IMG/VR virus record: IMGVR_UViG_2909314774_000001
Origin: a virus
Lineage: Duplodnaviria > Heunggongvirae > Uroviricota > Caudoviricetes
Length of the DNA stretch: 64,000 nt
Direction: 5' to 3' (one strand)
A model generated the notes under the pieces. That model did not search any database. It saw only the letters and a program-made list of their open reading frames with translations, and was not told the DNA's origin. The translations under genes were made by a program, and so were the position numbers. Shown in pieces: positions 49,450-60,296 of the stretch (its first letter is position 1; each line of letters opens with the position of its first letter).

Positions 49450-50553
49450 GTGTCACTCCTTTTGAATCGTGAGCATACGAACGGTCAGGTAACAAACGCA
49501 TCGTATGCAAAAGTTATTGAGACGGTGCTTAAAAGCGGCGTGCAGGCTGATGATCGCACAGGCACTGGTACTTTAAGCACCTGCTACGTTCCCTCTTACT
49601 ACATGCTTACTGGTGGGACTGTGCCGCTTATTTCTGGAAAGGCGGTAAATCTTAAGCCACTGCTTGTCGAACTTGAGTGGTATCTGAAAGGCACGGGCAA
49701 CATCCAATTTCTCAAGGATAACGGCGTTAAGATTTGGGATGCATGGGCCGATGAGAATGGCGATTTGGGGCCGGTTTACGGTAAGCAGTGGCGTCGATGG
49801 GAAGATACCCGCATCGTGAGCCATAGTGAATATCTGAGCAAGATCGCTACTTTCCGTGAACGCGGGTACAAAGTCGAGGGATACCTGGGTATCAGTGAAG
49901 ATCGCGTAGTGCTGTCCCGTGAAATCGATCAGCTACAGCGTATTGTCGATACACTGCGCACGAACCCTACCGATCGTCGCATCATGCTTAACGCATGGAA
50001 CGTAGGCGAGCTTGAGGATATGAAACTGCCACCTTGCCACTTTGTCTTCTCTTTGTGGAGTCGTGAGCTGGATTTTGAAACCCGTTTAACGATGGCAACT
50101 GACATTGGTCTTCAACACAGTCGCCTCGGTTACGAGTCTATCTACACCAAGATGCTATACGATCTGGAGATGGACGGCAGTGTTACTGAAGCTGAACTGG
50201 ATGAACTTGGAATCCCCAAACGCATCCTCAACTCCTGCCTCGTACAGCGTAGCGTAGACACTTTTGTTGGTATGCCATTCAATATTGCTGGCTATGGCAT
50301 TCTCACTCATTTTCTCGCGAAGATTACGGGTCACATGGCCGGTGCATTTGTGCATTTTGGCTTTGACGTGCATTTGTACAACAACCACATGGAAGGTGTG
50401 TGTGAGCTAATGAAACGACAGGCTCCAGAGCATTCAGATCCGGTCGTTATTTTCCCTCATGAATGGTCAGAGTTGGATGATTTCAAATGGGACGAGGTTT
50501 TAATTCTTGGCTATGACCCTCTATCGTGGATCAAGGTTCCAGTGGCGGTGTGA
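49450..50553 (+). CDS. thyA: Thymidylate synthase (ThyA family) with two internal insertions
   Basis: Motifs DRTGTGT, IWDAWADENGDLGPVYGKQWRRW, DRRIMLNAWNVGELEDMKLPPCH, VGMPFNIAGY, FDVHLYNNH, GYDP...KVPVAV; start set at GTG 49450 with GAGG upstream. Confidence 0.85.
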   Translation: MSLLLNREHTNGQVTNASYAKVIETVLKSGVQADDRTGTGTLSTCYVPSYYMLTGGTVPLISGKAVNLKPLLVELEWYLKGTGNIQFLKDNGVKIWDAWADENGDLGPVYGKQWRRWEDTRIVSHSEYLSKIATFRERGYKVEGYLGISEDRVVLSREIDQLQRIVDTLRTNPTDRRIMLNAWNVGELEDMKLPPCHFVFSLWSRELDFETRLTMATDIGLQHSRLGYESIYTKMLYDLEMDGSVTEAELDELGIPKRILNSCLVQRSVDTFVGMPFNIAGYGILTHFLAKITGHMAGAFVHFGFDVHLYNNHMEGVCELMKRQAPEHSDPVVIFPHEWSELDDFKWDEVLILGYDPLSWIKVPVAV

Positions 50554-50554
50554 T

Positions 50555-50968
50555 ATGGCAAGAGGTATGTATGTCTTATGCGAAATTGAAGGTGTGCTGG
50601 CAAATGCCAGCCATCGTAAATCAGTATCTGACGCGGATGCAGGCCAGCTCATTGCCGGTGATGAACTCATTTTCCCCACCAGCCGTATGTTGCGTGGTTT
50701 TGCTCGCTCAGGGGCTGAAGTGGTGCTTATCAGTAGCCGCTCTGAAACTCTTGAAGCGCCCACTAAACGATGGCTGAAAGATTTTGGCGTTGATTACGAC
50801 TGGCTTCATCTCGTACCGAATAGCACCAGTTATGAGAAGCATATTAAGCGCACATTAGCGGAGCATAAAGGCGATCTGCTTATCGCTGCGCTGGTGCACG
50901 ATCCTCGACTCCGTGCCGCTTTAGCTGACTCTCATCATAGACCGGTCATCTATGAGGTGAGCAAATGA
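50555..50968 (+). CDS. Hypothetical protein
   Basis: 137-codon ORF between thyA and the DHFR gene. Confidence 0.4.
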   Translation: MARGMYVLCEIEGVLANASHRKSVSDADAGQLIAGDELIFPTSRMLRGFARSGAEVVLISSRSETLEAPTKRWLKDFGVDYDWLHLVPNSTSYEKHIKRTLAEHKGDLLIAALVHDPRLRAALADSHHRPVIYEVSK

Positions 50969-51441
50969 AGATGATAGCTGCTGTTGGCCGTAACTATGAG
51001 ATCGGCATAGCGAACGAACTGCCCTGGCGTTGTTCTACCGATCTGAAGCTATTTAAGAGACTCACCAAAAACGCCACTGTCGTTATGGGGCGTAAAACGA
51101 TGGAAAGTCTCAAACGCCCTCTTCCAGAGCGTCATAACCTCGTTTTGACGCGCTCTCATGGCTTTGTACCAAATGGATTCTACCCTGCTGGTGTGGATGA
51201 TGTGTTGCGATTACCAGAGCCTGTGTGGGTGATTGGCGGGGAACAAATTTACTCGCTATTCATGCCGCATGTTGAAGAGATTTGGCTCTCCCACATCGGC
51301 GTTGATGTACCAAACGCCGATGCATTCTTCCCGGCAAGCATGATGCGTAACTTAGGCTTTGTGCCTGTTGAAACAGCTTATACCCAACGAGCCAGCGAGG
51401 AAGAGCCTGGCTTTTCGCAGATCGTATACAGAAGGTCGTAA
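50965..51441 (+). CDS. folA: Dihydrofolate reductase
   Basis: MIAAVGRNYEIGIANELPW...VVMGRKT...VIGGEQIY matches DHFR. Confidence 0.85.
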   Translation: MKMIAAVGRNYEIGIANELPWRCSTDLKLFKRLTKNATVVMGRKTMESLKRPLPERHNLVLTRSHGFVPNGFYPAGVDDVLRLPEPVWVIGGEQIYSLFMPHVEEIWLSHIGVDVPNADAFFPASMMRNLGFVPVETAYTQRASEEEPGFSQIVYRRS

Positions 51442-52085
51442 TGGATTACCGGATTGGGATCACTGGTGCTCAGGGCAGTGGGAAAACAACCCTGGCTAAA
51501 TATATCGACAAACATTACGGAATCCCTTACGTGGATGCTGGTGTCGGAAGTTTGATGAGCCGCCTCGGTGTTCTAGTAGGTGAGTCTATGCCTCTATATG
51601 AGCGGCTTCAGATTCAAATGGAAATAGCAAAGCATATAGAGCTACTTACACGTGGTGTTGAAGGCTTTATTATCGATCGCACACCTGCTGATGTTATGGC
51701 CTACACGTTGGATTTGGTCGGCCATACAAATGAAGATCGGTGTATTGAGTTAGCCCTCGATATCGAAAAGTTTTGCCACAAAACTGCTATTTCAAACTTT
51801 AACGCCATTGCTGGCTTACGCCCGGGAGTCGCTCTCTCAGAGCGAGATTACTTGCGATCACAACGAGCATCATTAGACCGTCTGTATGTCGCTCGTATTG
51901 ATGCGTTGATGTGCGGGGAACTGACAAAAATTCACCTGCATCCGCAAAGGGGAGATCTGCAAACCTTCGTCGTTTCCAACCGATATCGCACGGTTGAAGC
52001 AAGAGCCAGATCAGTGATGAGAATGCTAGATAACGCTGTAGAAAAGATAGAAAACCGGTTCTGTGGCCGAGTAACCGTTCATTAG
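51441..52085 (+). CDS. P-loop nucleotide kinase-like protein
   Basis: Walker A GITGAQGSGKTTLAKY; sits in the nucleotide-metabolism cluster. Confidence 0.5.
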   Translation: MDYRIGITGAQGSGKTTLAKYIDKHYGIPYVDAGVGSLMSRLGVLVGESMPLYERLQIQMEIAKHIELLTRGVEGFIIDRTPADVMAYTLDLVGHTNEDRCIELALDIEKFCHKTAISNFNAIAGLRPGVALSERDYLRSQRASLDRLYVARIDALMCGELTKIHLHPQRGDLQTFVVSNRYRTVEARARSVMRMLDNAVEKIENRFCGRVTVH

Positions 52086-52146
52086 AAATTGTTCGCCTCT
52101 TCAACATTGCGACAATAAAACTCTCAAAATGGGTTAAGGATAAAAA

Positions 52147-52566
52147 ATGTTTAGTGAAATGTTGCTTGAAGATGAACTGGATCGGAAAACAACAGAGGCT
52201 TTGATTCGTGTAGCGGACGAACATTCCCGGTCGCTTATGAGCGATCGAGAGGCTCGTCTGGCTATTCGTGCCATATTCGAAACTGCGCAGGGGCTTGTTG
52301 GCGCACAAGTAGGTGAAGCCATTAACATCGCCATGTCTCAGTTCAGTGAAGACAGTAAAAAGCCTCTGTTTCCTATGCATTTGATGCTGGCTGGTGGCAC
52401 GGTGCTTTATATCTCTGTTTGTCTGGATAGCAACCAAATCAATATTCTCAACACTGCGTCAGGTAAGTGGAAAGATCCGATTGTCTGTGAAACCAGTGAA
52501 GAAACTTTGAAAAAAGCGGCTCAATTTGTACGTAGCGCACTACTTAAGGGCGCTAAGAAGTTGTAA
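52147..52566 (+). CDS. Hypothetical protein
   Basis: 139-codon ORF. Confidence 0.45.
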   Translation: MFSEMLLEDELDRKTTEALIRVADEHSRSLMSDREARLAIRAIFETAQGLVGAQVGEAINIAMSQFSEDSKKPLFPMHLMLAGGTVLYISVCLDSNQINILNTASGKWKDPIVCETSEETLKKAAQFVRSALLKGAKKL

Positions 52567-52575
52567 GGAGTTCTG

Positions 52576-53130
52576 ATGACAACGATTGTTGCAGGCATCG
52601 ATATCGAGTCTACGGGACTGGATTTCCTTGCTGGTCATAAAATTATTGAAATCGCAATTACCCGCTATGAACTGGAGACACAGACAATGGTTGATAGTTT
52701 TGTAATGCGGTTCAACCCGCGTCGCAGTATCGATCCGAAAGCGCAAGCGGTACACGGCATCAGTCTTGAAGATTTAGCCGCCGAGCCGTTACTAGCCGAT
52801 CACGCTTCATCTGTCGCTTCGTATCTCTCTTCTTCCGATATTTGGATAGCCCACAACGGCGAAGCGTTCGATATTCCGTTTATTAGGCATGAGCTGAAAA
52901 GTTACGGTTTTTCGCTTCCAGACATCCCATTGATTGACACTCTATTTTCCCTGTGGGCCACAGAAGACGGTAAACGTCCTCGCCTTGAAGAATTGGCCTT
53001 CTCTCTTGGCTTTATATACGATCATGCCAAAGCACATAGTGCCTTATATGACACAAACTTAATGATGCAATGCTTCTTTAAGGCACGTAATAAATACGGA
53101 TTTTTTAAATTACCCTCTGAAATTGTGTAA
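52576..53130 (+). CDS. DnaQ-like 3'-5' exonuclease (DEDDh)
   Basis: Exo I GIDIESTG, Exo II HNGEAFDIPF, Exo III HSALYDTNL. Confidence 0.8.
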   Translation: MTTIVAGIDIESTGLDFLAGHKIIEIAITRYELETQTMVDSFVMRFNPRRSIDPKAQAVHGISLEDLAAEPLLADHASSVASYLSSSDIWIAHNGEAFDIPFIRHELKSYGFSLPDIPLIDTLFSLWATEDGKRPRLEELAFSLGFIYDHAKAHSALYDTNLMMQCFFKARNKYGFFKLPSEIV

Positions 53131-53145
53131 AACAAAAGCCTGCTT

Positions 53146-53185
53146 TAAAGAGAGTTTGAAGCAGGCTTTCTTTTAAAGAACAGTC
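53146..53185 (+). terminator. Intrinsic terminator
   Basis: AAGCCTGCTT...AAGCAGGCTT followed by TCTTTT. Confidence 0.55.
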
Positions 53186-53907
53186 GCCTTTCAATCATTT
53201 CCTGCCTGTATTTAATACTTTTCCGCCTGATAGGTTTAGTCAAAATGTAGCCATCGAAACGCAAATGCAACTAAACAGAAGGAGACTTACATGAGTTCGG
53301 TTGAAAATGTAATGACAAATGATGATCTGGATGAGCTGACAGCCATGTTGCAATCACTTGATGAACCAGTAAAAAAAGCCGCACAGGTTGAAAATACTGA
53401 TGATATTGACGATCTGCTGCTCGGCCTCGATGCTGGCGTAGCCATGAGTTCTGATGATGTTGCCGAAGAACTGTTCAATGAAGAAAAAGCAGGTGATTTC
53501 AGCTCTGCTTTAAATGAGTTGGAGTTAGCGCATGAGCCTATAAACGTAATTAACGCTGAAAGTGTTGAATCTGCCGAAAACGAGCCAGAACAATTGGGAT
53601 TGATTGAGGTTGAAGAGTGTGTTGAGGTTAATGATGAATTAAAAGTTCAACAGTCAAATGATAGCAATACAAATAAAAAAGCTCGTGCTGCAAGAGGTCC
53701 TCGTTTTACTTTAAGTGATAAAGATGATTCGTTTTTCAATAAAGCGGGCTTAGAAAAAGATATTTTCTTAGACGCTTACGATAACGCGCCTGTCAAAGCA
53801 AAGGATAAGATATTAAACCTTCTTAATTGGTTTAGCGGAGGTCCAGATATTAGTGTTTACACGGTAATTTCCATGAGTGAAGTGGTCAACAAAAACTGGC
53901 CACCGAG

Positions 53908-55055
<1,148 letters not shown>

Positions 55056-55536
55056 TATGGCACCTGTGTTGTTCTGAGGTGAGCATATCACCTCTGTTCA
55101 GGTGGCCAAATTCAGTAAACCACTTCAGAGACACCTTCTCACAGAAAAGAAGGCTACAAGTAATAGTATTAAGATTGCTTTAATGAGCAATCCAGAAAAA
55201 CCGTATCCGCTTAACACTGCGTCAACTCAGGCTGGGCAAATGATGGCTGTATTTCCAGCGACAGGAATTGCCGTTAGAGGCGGTGGAAATCTAACATTGA
55301 ACGAAGAATCACCGATCGTTAAGAAGTTTGTCGCGGAGTACACTATTGGATGACGTTCCCCTACTGAAAATAAAGCCCATAGAGAGCTTTATAGTGCTGG
55401 GTAAGCCAATCACATACCCAGCACCACAAAAACGCGCCAGAGAGCTTCTCGTTTGCATTTCTGGCGCGTTTTATTTGATTGCCAGACATAAAATCAAATG
55501 CAAAAATAGGTATTTACTTACCTATCGAGAAAGAAG

Positions 55537-56130
55537 ATGATTGCAGCCGAAAAAATCAAACAGCGAAAGCGCGACAACTCTCTTCGTGACCTCTGGAGAA
55601 CACCTGACTGGCTGTTTTCTGCCATTCAACGTTATCTTGGAGTGACATTTGATGTTGACGTTGCCTGCAACAAGGACAATGCAAAGCTGCCTAATTTCAT
55701 AGGCGTTGAGCGTGATGCTTTGAAATCTGAATGGGGACAGCCAGGTACAATTGCCTTCCTCAATCCACCCTACTCCAAAATCTCCCCCTGGATTGATGCG
55801 GCTATACGTGAGCAGGCTCGCGGAGTTACAACAGTGATGCTAATTCCTCAATCCCTAGATACAAAGTGGTATGAGCGTGCAACAGAGTGTGCGAATGAGA
55901 CGATTATTCTGTCTGGTGGCCGCGTAGCGTTTGTCGAGCCTGACGTCAATCTGGGTCAGGTAGAAGTAAACATCAACCCAGGTGGCAGTATGCTCGTTGT
56001 TTTTCGAGGATTCTGTCAGGACGCTGGGCACTCTATAAGCAAGATCCCTTTGGACGTCATGAAAAGTCTGGGAGGGTATGATCCTGCGAATGTGATCAGG
56101 AAAAAAAGACCATCAAAGAAGGCTGCTTAG
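55537..56130 (+). CDS. DNA N6-adenine methyltransferase (phage Dam-like)
   Basis: Catalytic motif NPPYS with the upstream W.TPDWLF segment typical of small phage adenine methyltransferases. Confidence 0.7.
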   Translation: MIAAEKIKQRKRDNSLRDLWRTPDWLFSAIQRYLGVTFDVDVACNKDNAKLPNFIGVERDALKSEWGQPGTIAFLNPPYSKISPWIDAAIREQARGVTTVMLIPQSLDTKWYERATECANETIILSGGRVAFVEPDVNLGQVEVNINPGGSMLVVFRGFCQDAGHSISKIPLDVMKSLGGYDPANVIRKKRPSKKAA

Positions 56131-56151
56131 TTTGTTCTGGCGTCTGTAATT

Positions 56152-56226
56152 AGCCTGCTTCTGTATATATAAATAACTACATATTAATTATTAATATACG
56201 GAAGCAGGCTGTTTTGTATCAGAGAC
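56152..56226. terminator. Long palindromic element / putative terminator (twin of 8729-8791)
   Basis: Stem AGCCTGCTTC...GAAGCAGGCT around an AT-rich loop containing TGTATATATA, followed by GTTTTG. Confidence 0.5.
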
Positions 56227-56291
56227 TCCAGACCTGAACATCACTACAGAATCCACTAGAACCCCTTCCCAGACGCTTTAAAATCGATTTT

Positions 56292-56546
56292 ATGAATCAC
56301 TTTAAGGAAACTAACATGTCATACCCGACTAATGTCGTTGCGCTCGTAGAGAGCGATTTTCTGGCCCAGGCCCGTGAAATGATGAAAGATCGCGAGCAGG
56401 CTTTCAACTTGTACGAATGGGCAATTAAGTGCTTGCATCTTGGGGAGCATCGCGAACTTGTTGAACAGCTTTTAGGTGAGTTGATTAACGAGGTGTTTGC
56501 CTTGAATGTTCAACTACATGGTCGAGAAAATAATCAATCGAAATGA
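56292..56546 (+). CDS. Hypothetical protein
   Basis: 84-codon ORF. Confidence 0.4.
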   Translation: MNHFKETNMSYPTNVVALVESDFLAQAREMMKDREQAFNLYEWAIKCLHLGEHRELVEQLLGELINEVFALNVQLHGRENNQSK

Positions 56547-57130
56547 TAGATAAGTACAAACTATTCATAAAGTGAATTGTAAGTGCTAAGATCTGATAGT
56601 TTCCAGTCGTAGACTGGAGACTCGACCTGATGGGTGGGGGTAAGCGTCACTGGCGTCAGGTTTAAAAAAGCTCACTACCAGCGTAGAACCGGTGCCGTTT
56701 AGGTGTCGGGGAAGGGGGAACCAAAGTGAGCGGAGACAAGGGTCACTTTATGATTGTCGAGTCTGGGGTGTTTCGAGAGGTTGAATCCAGTACTCCCCTT
56801 CATAAAGTGTGGGAAGATCTCGGTTCTGGGGTGCTGTCATCCATAACTTCCCAAGTCTAAGCTGGCAGTAGACTTAGGCCATAACTTTTCAGGTTATGAA
56901 ACGACCAGGTTGGTGAGGGATTTTTATACTCACCTCCCTGGGAGAGTATTACCTGAAAAGACAACCTCTCACTTCGTTCGAGGTGAACTTCACTCACTTC
57001 GTTCGTTCAGTTCAGGTTTATAAAAACCTGTTCTGGGAAGTAATTTGTTTATTTTAATAATTATTAACACGCACGCGTGTGCGCACGCGCGAGGAAAAAA
57101 ATCGGCGCGGCGCTTGATTCAGGAGTTTAT

Positions 57131-57724
57131 ATGACGACGAAGACACCAGCCCGATCGCAAGAAAAAACTCGCAAAAAAGCCAAAAACAAAAATTCTCCCC
57201 GCACCAATTCCACAACGCCTGTCGTAGAGTTCAATCCCCAGCTTAAAACCGTGAAAATCTTCAGTGATGGCTCTTGCCTTAAAAATCCGGGTGGCCCGGG
57301 CGGTTACGGTATAGTTCTCCAGTATCGTGGTGAGGAACGCGAGTTCTCAGATGGTTTTCATAGCACCACCAATAACCGCATGGAGATGATGGGGGCACTT
57401 ATCGGGCTGGAGCGTTTGAAATATCCATGCAACGTTATTTTGCACTCTGATAGCCAGTATCTGAAAAACGGCATGACACAGTGGATGAAATGGTGGAAAC
57501 GCAATGGATGGGTGACTTCTGACAAAAAACCGGTAAAGAATGTTGATCTGTGGAAGCGTCTGGATGAGGCTGCAAGTCGACATAATGTTCGCTGGAAGTG
57601 GGTTAAAGGTCACGCCGGGCATCGTGAAAATGAAATATGTGATCGACTCGCGAAGATCGCAGCTTTTTCCGCAGCAGATATGCCTCACAAGAAAGATATT
57701 GGTTTTGTTTACAACAAGCAGTAA
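57131..57724 (+). CDS. rnhA: Ribonuclease HI with basic N-terminal extension
   Basis: RNase H motifs (FSDGSC...[25 protein letters not shown]); start moved to ATG 57131 (AGGAG 6 nt upstream) to leave the GC-alternating tract upstream. Confidence 0.85.
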   Translation: MTTKTPARSQEKTRKKAKNKNSPRTNSTTPVVEFNPQLKTVKIFSDGSCLKNPGGPGGYGIVLQYRGEEREFSDGFHSTTNNRMEMMGALIGLERLKYPCNVILHSDSQYLKNGMTQWMKWWKRNGWVTSDKKPVKNVDLWKRLDEAASRHNVRWKWVKGHAGHRENEICDRLAKIAAFSAADMPHKKDIGFVYNKQ

Positions 57725-57869
57725 GTAAGTGTTTACCTATCATTTTAAATCATGTATCTTATCAGCGTCAGGATGACAATGTGTCGGTAAGACACAGTTC
57801 CAGGATGGAACGAGAAAGGCGGCTGGCAATCGCCAGCCGCAACTCTTTCTGACACTGGATGGAGTCCAC

Positions 57870-58364
57870 ATGGCACGTCAAACCTATTTCACTTCTGCAA
57901 CTAAACGTCCTCGTTCACTACGTCAAATTTTGGCCGAATTATTTAGCGGTCGTGTTCTGTCACGTCTTGATGAACTAGAGACTGCCGTTCGGTTGCTGAA
58001 TGAACGTTTAGATAAGCAAGCGTCAGTTGTTGCGAACGTGGGGGCGATTGTTACCTCTGGTTCTTCACGCGAAGCGAAAAGTACACGGCCTTTAGTGAAG
58101 GAGAAAAACAACAAGGACAGTTCGAATGGAAAATTTTCAAAGAAAGAGGCTGAAACCAATGGCCTACGTTCTCATTATAGTTTCACTGGCGACGATAGCC
58201 GTTCCAGCCGGCCAGAGCCTTTTGATGCCGGGTTCATCCATCACCACACCTCCGTCGACGACAATTACCACCACTCCAGTAGAGCGTCCTGTCACTCTGG
58301 ATGGGATGACGGTGGATGCGATACCTCAAGTTCATCCAGTTACTCAGGATCATGCTGTGACTAA
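57870..58364 (+). CDS. Hypothetical protein; 3' half uncertain
   Basis: First ~90 codons look protein-like; the Ser/Cys/Asp-rich tail overlaps the better-looking ORF at 58159-58377. Confidence 0.3.
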   Translation: MARQTYFTSATKRPRSLRQILAELFSGRVLSRLDELETAVRLLNERLDKQASVVANVGAIVTSGSSREAKSTRPLVKEKNNKDSSNGKFSKKEAETNGLRSHYSFTGDDSRSSRPEPFDAGFIHHHTSVDDNYHHSSRASCHSGWDDGGCDTSSSSSYSGSCCD

Positions 58365-58377
58365 GGCGGTTGTATGA
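58159..58377 (+). CDS. Hypothetical small membrane/secreted protein
   Basis: Hydrophobic N-terminus MAYVLIIVSLATIAVPAG followed by a Thr/Pro-rich region. Confidence 0.35.
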   Translation: MAYVLIIVSLATIAVPAGQSLLMPGSSITTPPSTTITTTPVERPVTLDGMTVDAIPQVHPVTQDHAVTKAVV

Positions 58378-58571
58378 ACTGGTTTTCAAATCACTTTGGA
58401 AAAACTTGGCTGGCGATTCTGGCTTTCATAGCTCTCATGGCCGCCGGTTGGGTATCGAACATTGTAAAACTCGTTTGCTCTGGTGATCTCCAGTTTCAGG
58501 CTGGTATGACCTTGGCTCGTGTTGTTGGGATTTTTGTTTTTCCAGTCGGTTCGGTACTTGGTTATTTCTGA
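58374..58571 (+). CDS. Hypothetical small membrane protein
   Basis: 65-codon ORF with two hydrophobic helices. Confidence 0.4.
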   Translation: MNWFSNHFGKTWLAILAFIALMAAGWVSNIVKLVCSGDLQFQAGMTLARVVGIFVFPVGSVLGYF

Positions 58572-58664
58572 CGGTTGTTAGTGCATATGCATTGACCGTC
58601 TTTTCGTAAGCAATTCATGTAACTAGAAAACAACTTGTTTTAACAAATAACAAAAGGAAAGCAC

Positions 58665-59090
58665 ATGTTAGGTTTATTCAAAAAGAAAACTCGTAAAGCT
58701 GTTATCGAGGTCAAAAAAATGGAGAACCGAGATGCGGTTGAAGCCACCGTGTGGGGCGCGTACATGATCTCCTATGCCGATGGCACATGCGACGCAAAGG
58801 AAATTTCCATTCTTGAGAAAACAATTGCAGCTCTGCCTGCGTTTTCTCCGTTTGCTGGTGAGATTGCCCAAATGAGCGCCAATATCCGTGCTCAATACGA
58901 AGCCTCACCGCGCCGCGCTAATGCCCAGGCTTTACGTGAGCTGGCTGATGTGGCCGGGACTAATGATGCAGTAGATGTACTGTGTCTGTGCCTTGATATT
59001 GCCGACCAAGACGGTATTGGCGAACAAGAAGAGCTGGCCCTGAAAAAGATCGCACAGGCGCTTCAGTTGTCACTGGATGCTTATCTCTAA
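58665..59090 (+). CDS. TerB-like domain protein
   Basis: ...YMISYADGTCDAKEISILEK...DVLCLCLDIADQDGIGEQEELALKKIAQAL... resembles TerB-fold proteins. Confidence 0.5.
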   Translation: MLGLFKKKTRKAVIEVKKMENRDAVEATVWGAYMISYADGTCDAKEISILEKTIAALPAFSPFAGEIAQMSANIRAQYEASPRRANAQALRELADVAGTNDAVDVLCLCLDIADQDGIGEQEELALKKIAQALQLSLDAYL

Positions 59091-59248
59091 TGCTTGAGAG
59101 ATTCCGGCTTGTGACCGTCATTGCTCTTCTGGTGATGGCGGTGTTGGTGGATTTTACGGGAAAGATGATGTCTGTCATTTCTGATGGCGTCCTCATTGGT
59201 CTGGCGATCTACTTCGCTTATCCGCTAGTCCGTAAAGCAACGTGTTAA
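59090..59248 (+). CDS. Small hydrophobic protein (52 aa), translationally coupled to the TerB-like gene
   Basis: TAATG overlap with the previous stop; two hydrophobic segments; followed by a hairpin (GACAAGGGCC...GGCCCTTGTG); below the ORF-track length cut-off. Confidence 0.4.
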   Translation: MLERFRLVTVIALLVMAVLVDFTGKMMSVISDGVLIGLAIYFAYPLVRKATC

Positions 59249-59387
59249 TGACAAGGGCCAAATGGCCCTTGTGTTTCGTTGACCGAAATAGAGAGTTTGC
59301 ACCTTTACGTTTAGCTTGCTCCCCTTTTATGCCACATCACAATAAAGCCAATAAGAAAACAACTTGTTTAAGCATTAGGAAAAACAC

Positions 59388-59957
59388 ATGTGCAAGAAAT
59401 GCAAAGCGATAGCTGATGAACAAAACGCCTTATTCGAAGAAATGGATGCTAATGAACTGGTCAAAATGTTAGCCATTCTTCGAGGAATAGAAGACGTTTC
59501 CATATTTGAGAGAGTGGTTACAGCACTTAATTTTGAGTCCACCTTTGAAGAGCCAACTCAGGTTGTAGCTTTAGCACATCATTTCGGTGTTCATTATCTT
59601 GCTGAAAAAGAGCGCGCTGATAAGTTGCAGGCGACTTTGGATATGGTGAGCGAGACTCAACGAACTGATGACACTAACAAGAGTGAGGCGATTATTGCCA
59701 GCAAAGATCGTGAAATTGCTGGGCTTAAATCCTCTCTAACGATGTTGATGTCTGCGTTCAATCTTATGTCTTCTCAGGCGGGTTATAAAATGCCATCACT
59801 AAACAGCGATGATCCGATGGCCGTTCGTCAGCTTTTGGGAGCAATGGCCGACCAACTCGACGACACAAAGAGTCGGCTTGAAGACATGATGCGTGAGTTA
59901 AGCCATCGACATAACCTCGCAACACAGCCACACAAAGCCTTTCAAAGCTCTAATTGA
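59388..59957 (+). CDS. Hypothetical protein (coiled-coil)
   Basis: 189-codon ORF with the conserved upstream palindrome and AAAAACACATG context. Confidence 0.5.
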   Translation: MCKKCKAIADEQNALFEEMDANELVKMLAILRGIEDVSIFERVVTALNFESTFEEPTQVVALAHHFGVHYLAEKERADKLQATLDMVSETQRTDDTNKSEAIIASKDREIAGLKSSLTMLMSAFNLMSSQAGYKMPSLNSDDPMAVRQLLGAMADQLDDTKSRLEDMMRELSHRHNLATQPHKAFQSSN

Positions 59958-60012
59958 TCTGATATGGCCGCATGATCGGCCATATTGTGTTGATAAAAAA
60001 CAAGGATGAAAA

Positions 60013-60294
60013 ATGGCATACGGTACAGGGATTTACAACAATAAAGGAATTAACGTTACTGGCTTCCTTACTCCTATTTTTTTTCTTGATCGATTTACTG
60101 CGTCATCAGGCTCTAAGACGTACTCCAATCCGCCACCGGGTAAATCGCTACATGCCGTGTGGTCATTGATGCCTCTTAACAACGACAACTACATTAATTT
60201 ACCTGTTCCAACAGTTACTATTAATGGAAATACGGTTAGTTGGTCAAATTTATATACGGGGCTTGGTTCTTACATATACACATACTGGGGATAA
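60013..60294 (+). CDS. Hypothetical protein
   Basis: 93-codon ORF. Confidence 0.4.
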   Translation: MAYGTGIYNNKGINVTGFLTPIFFLDRFTASSGSKTYSNPPPGKSLHAVWSLMPLNNDNYINLPVPTVTINGNTVSWSNLYTGLGSYIYTYWG

Positions 60295-60296
60295 TT

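Noticed and set aside
49450-50553. Group I intron in thyA, as in T4 td.
   Set aside because: The reading frame is continuous and the extra segments are only about 100-150 nt and in frame, so they are protein insertions and not introns.
56547-57130. Possible tmRNA, RNase P RNA or retron ncRNA in the ORF-free region upstream of RNase H.
   Set aside because: By eye there are no matches to tmRNA ends or RNase P conserved regions and there is no reverse transcriptase gene. Left as an unclassified structured region rather than a named RNA.
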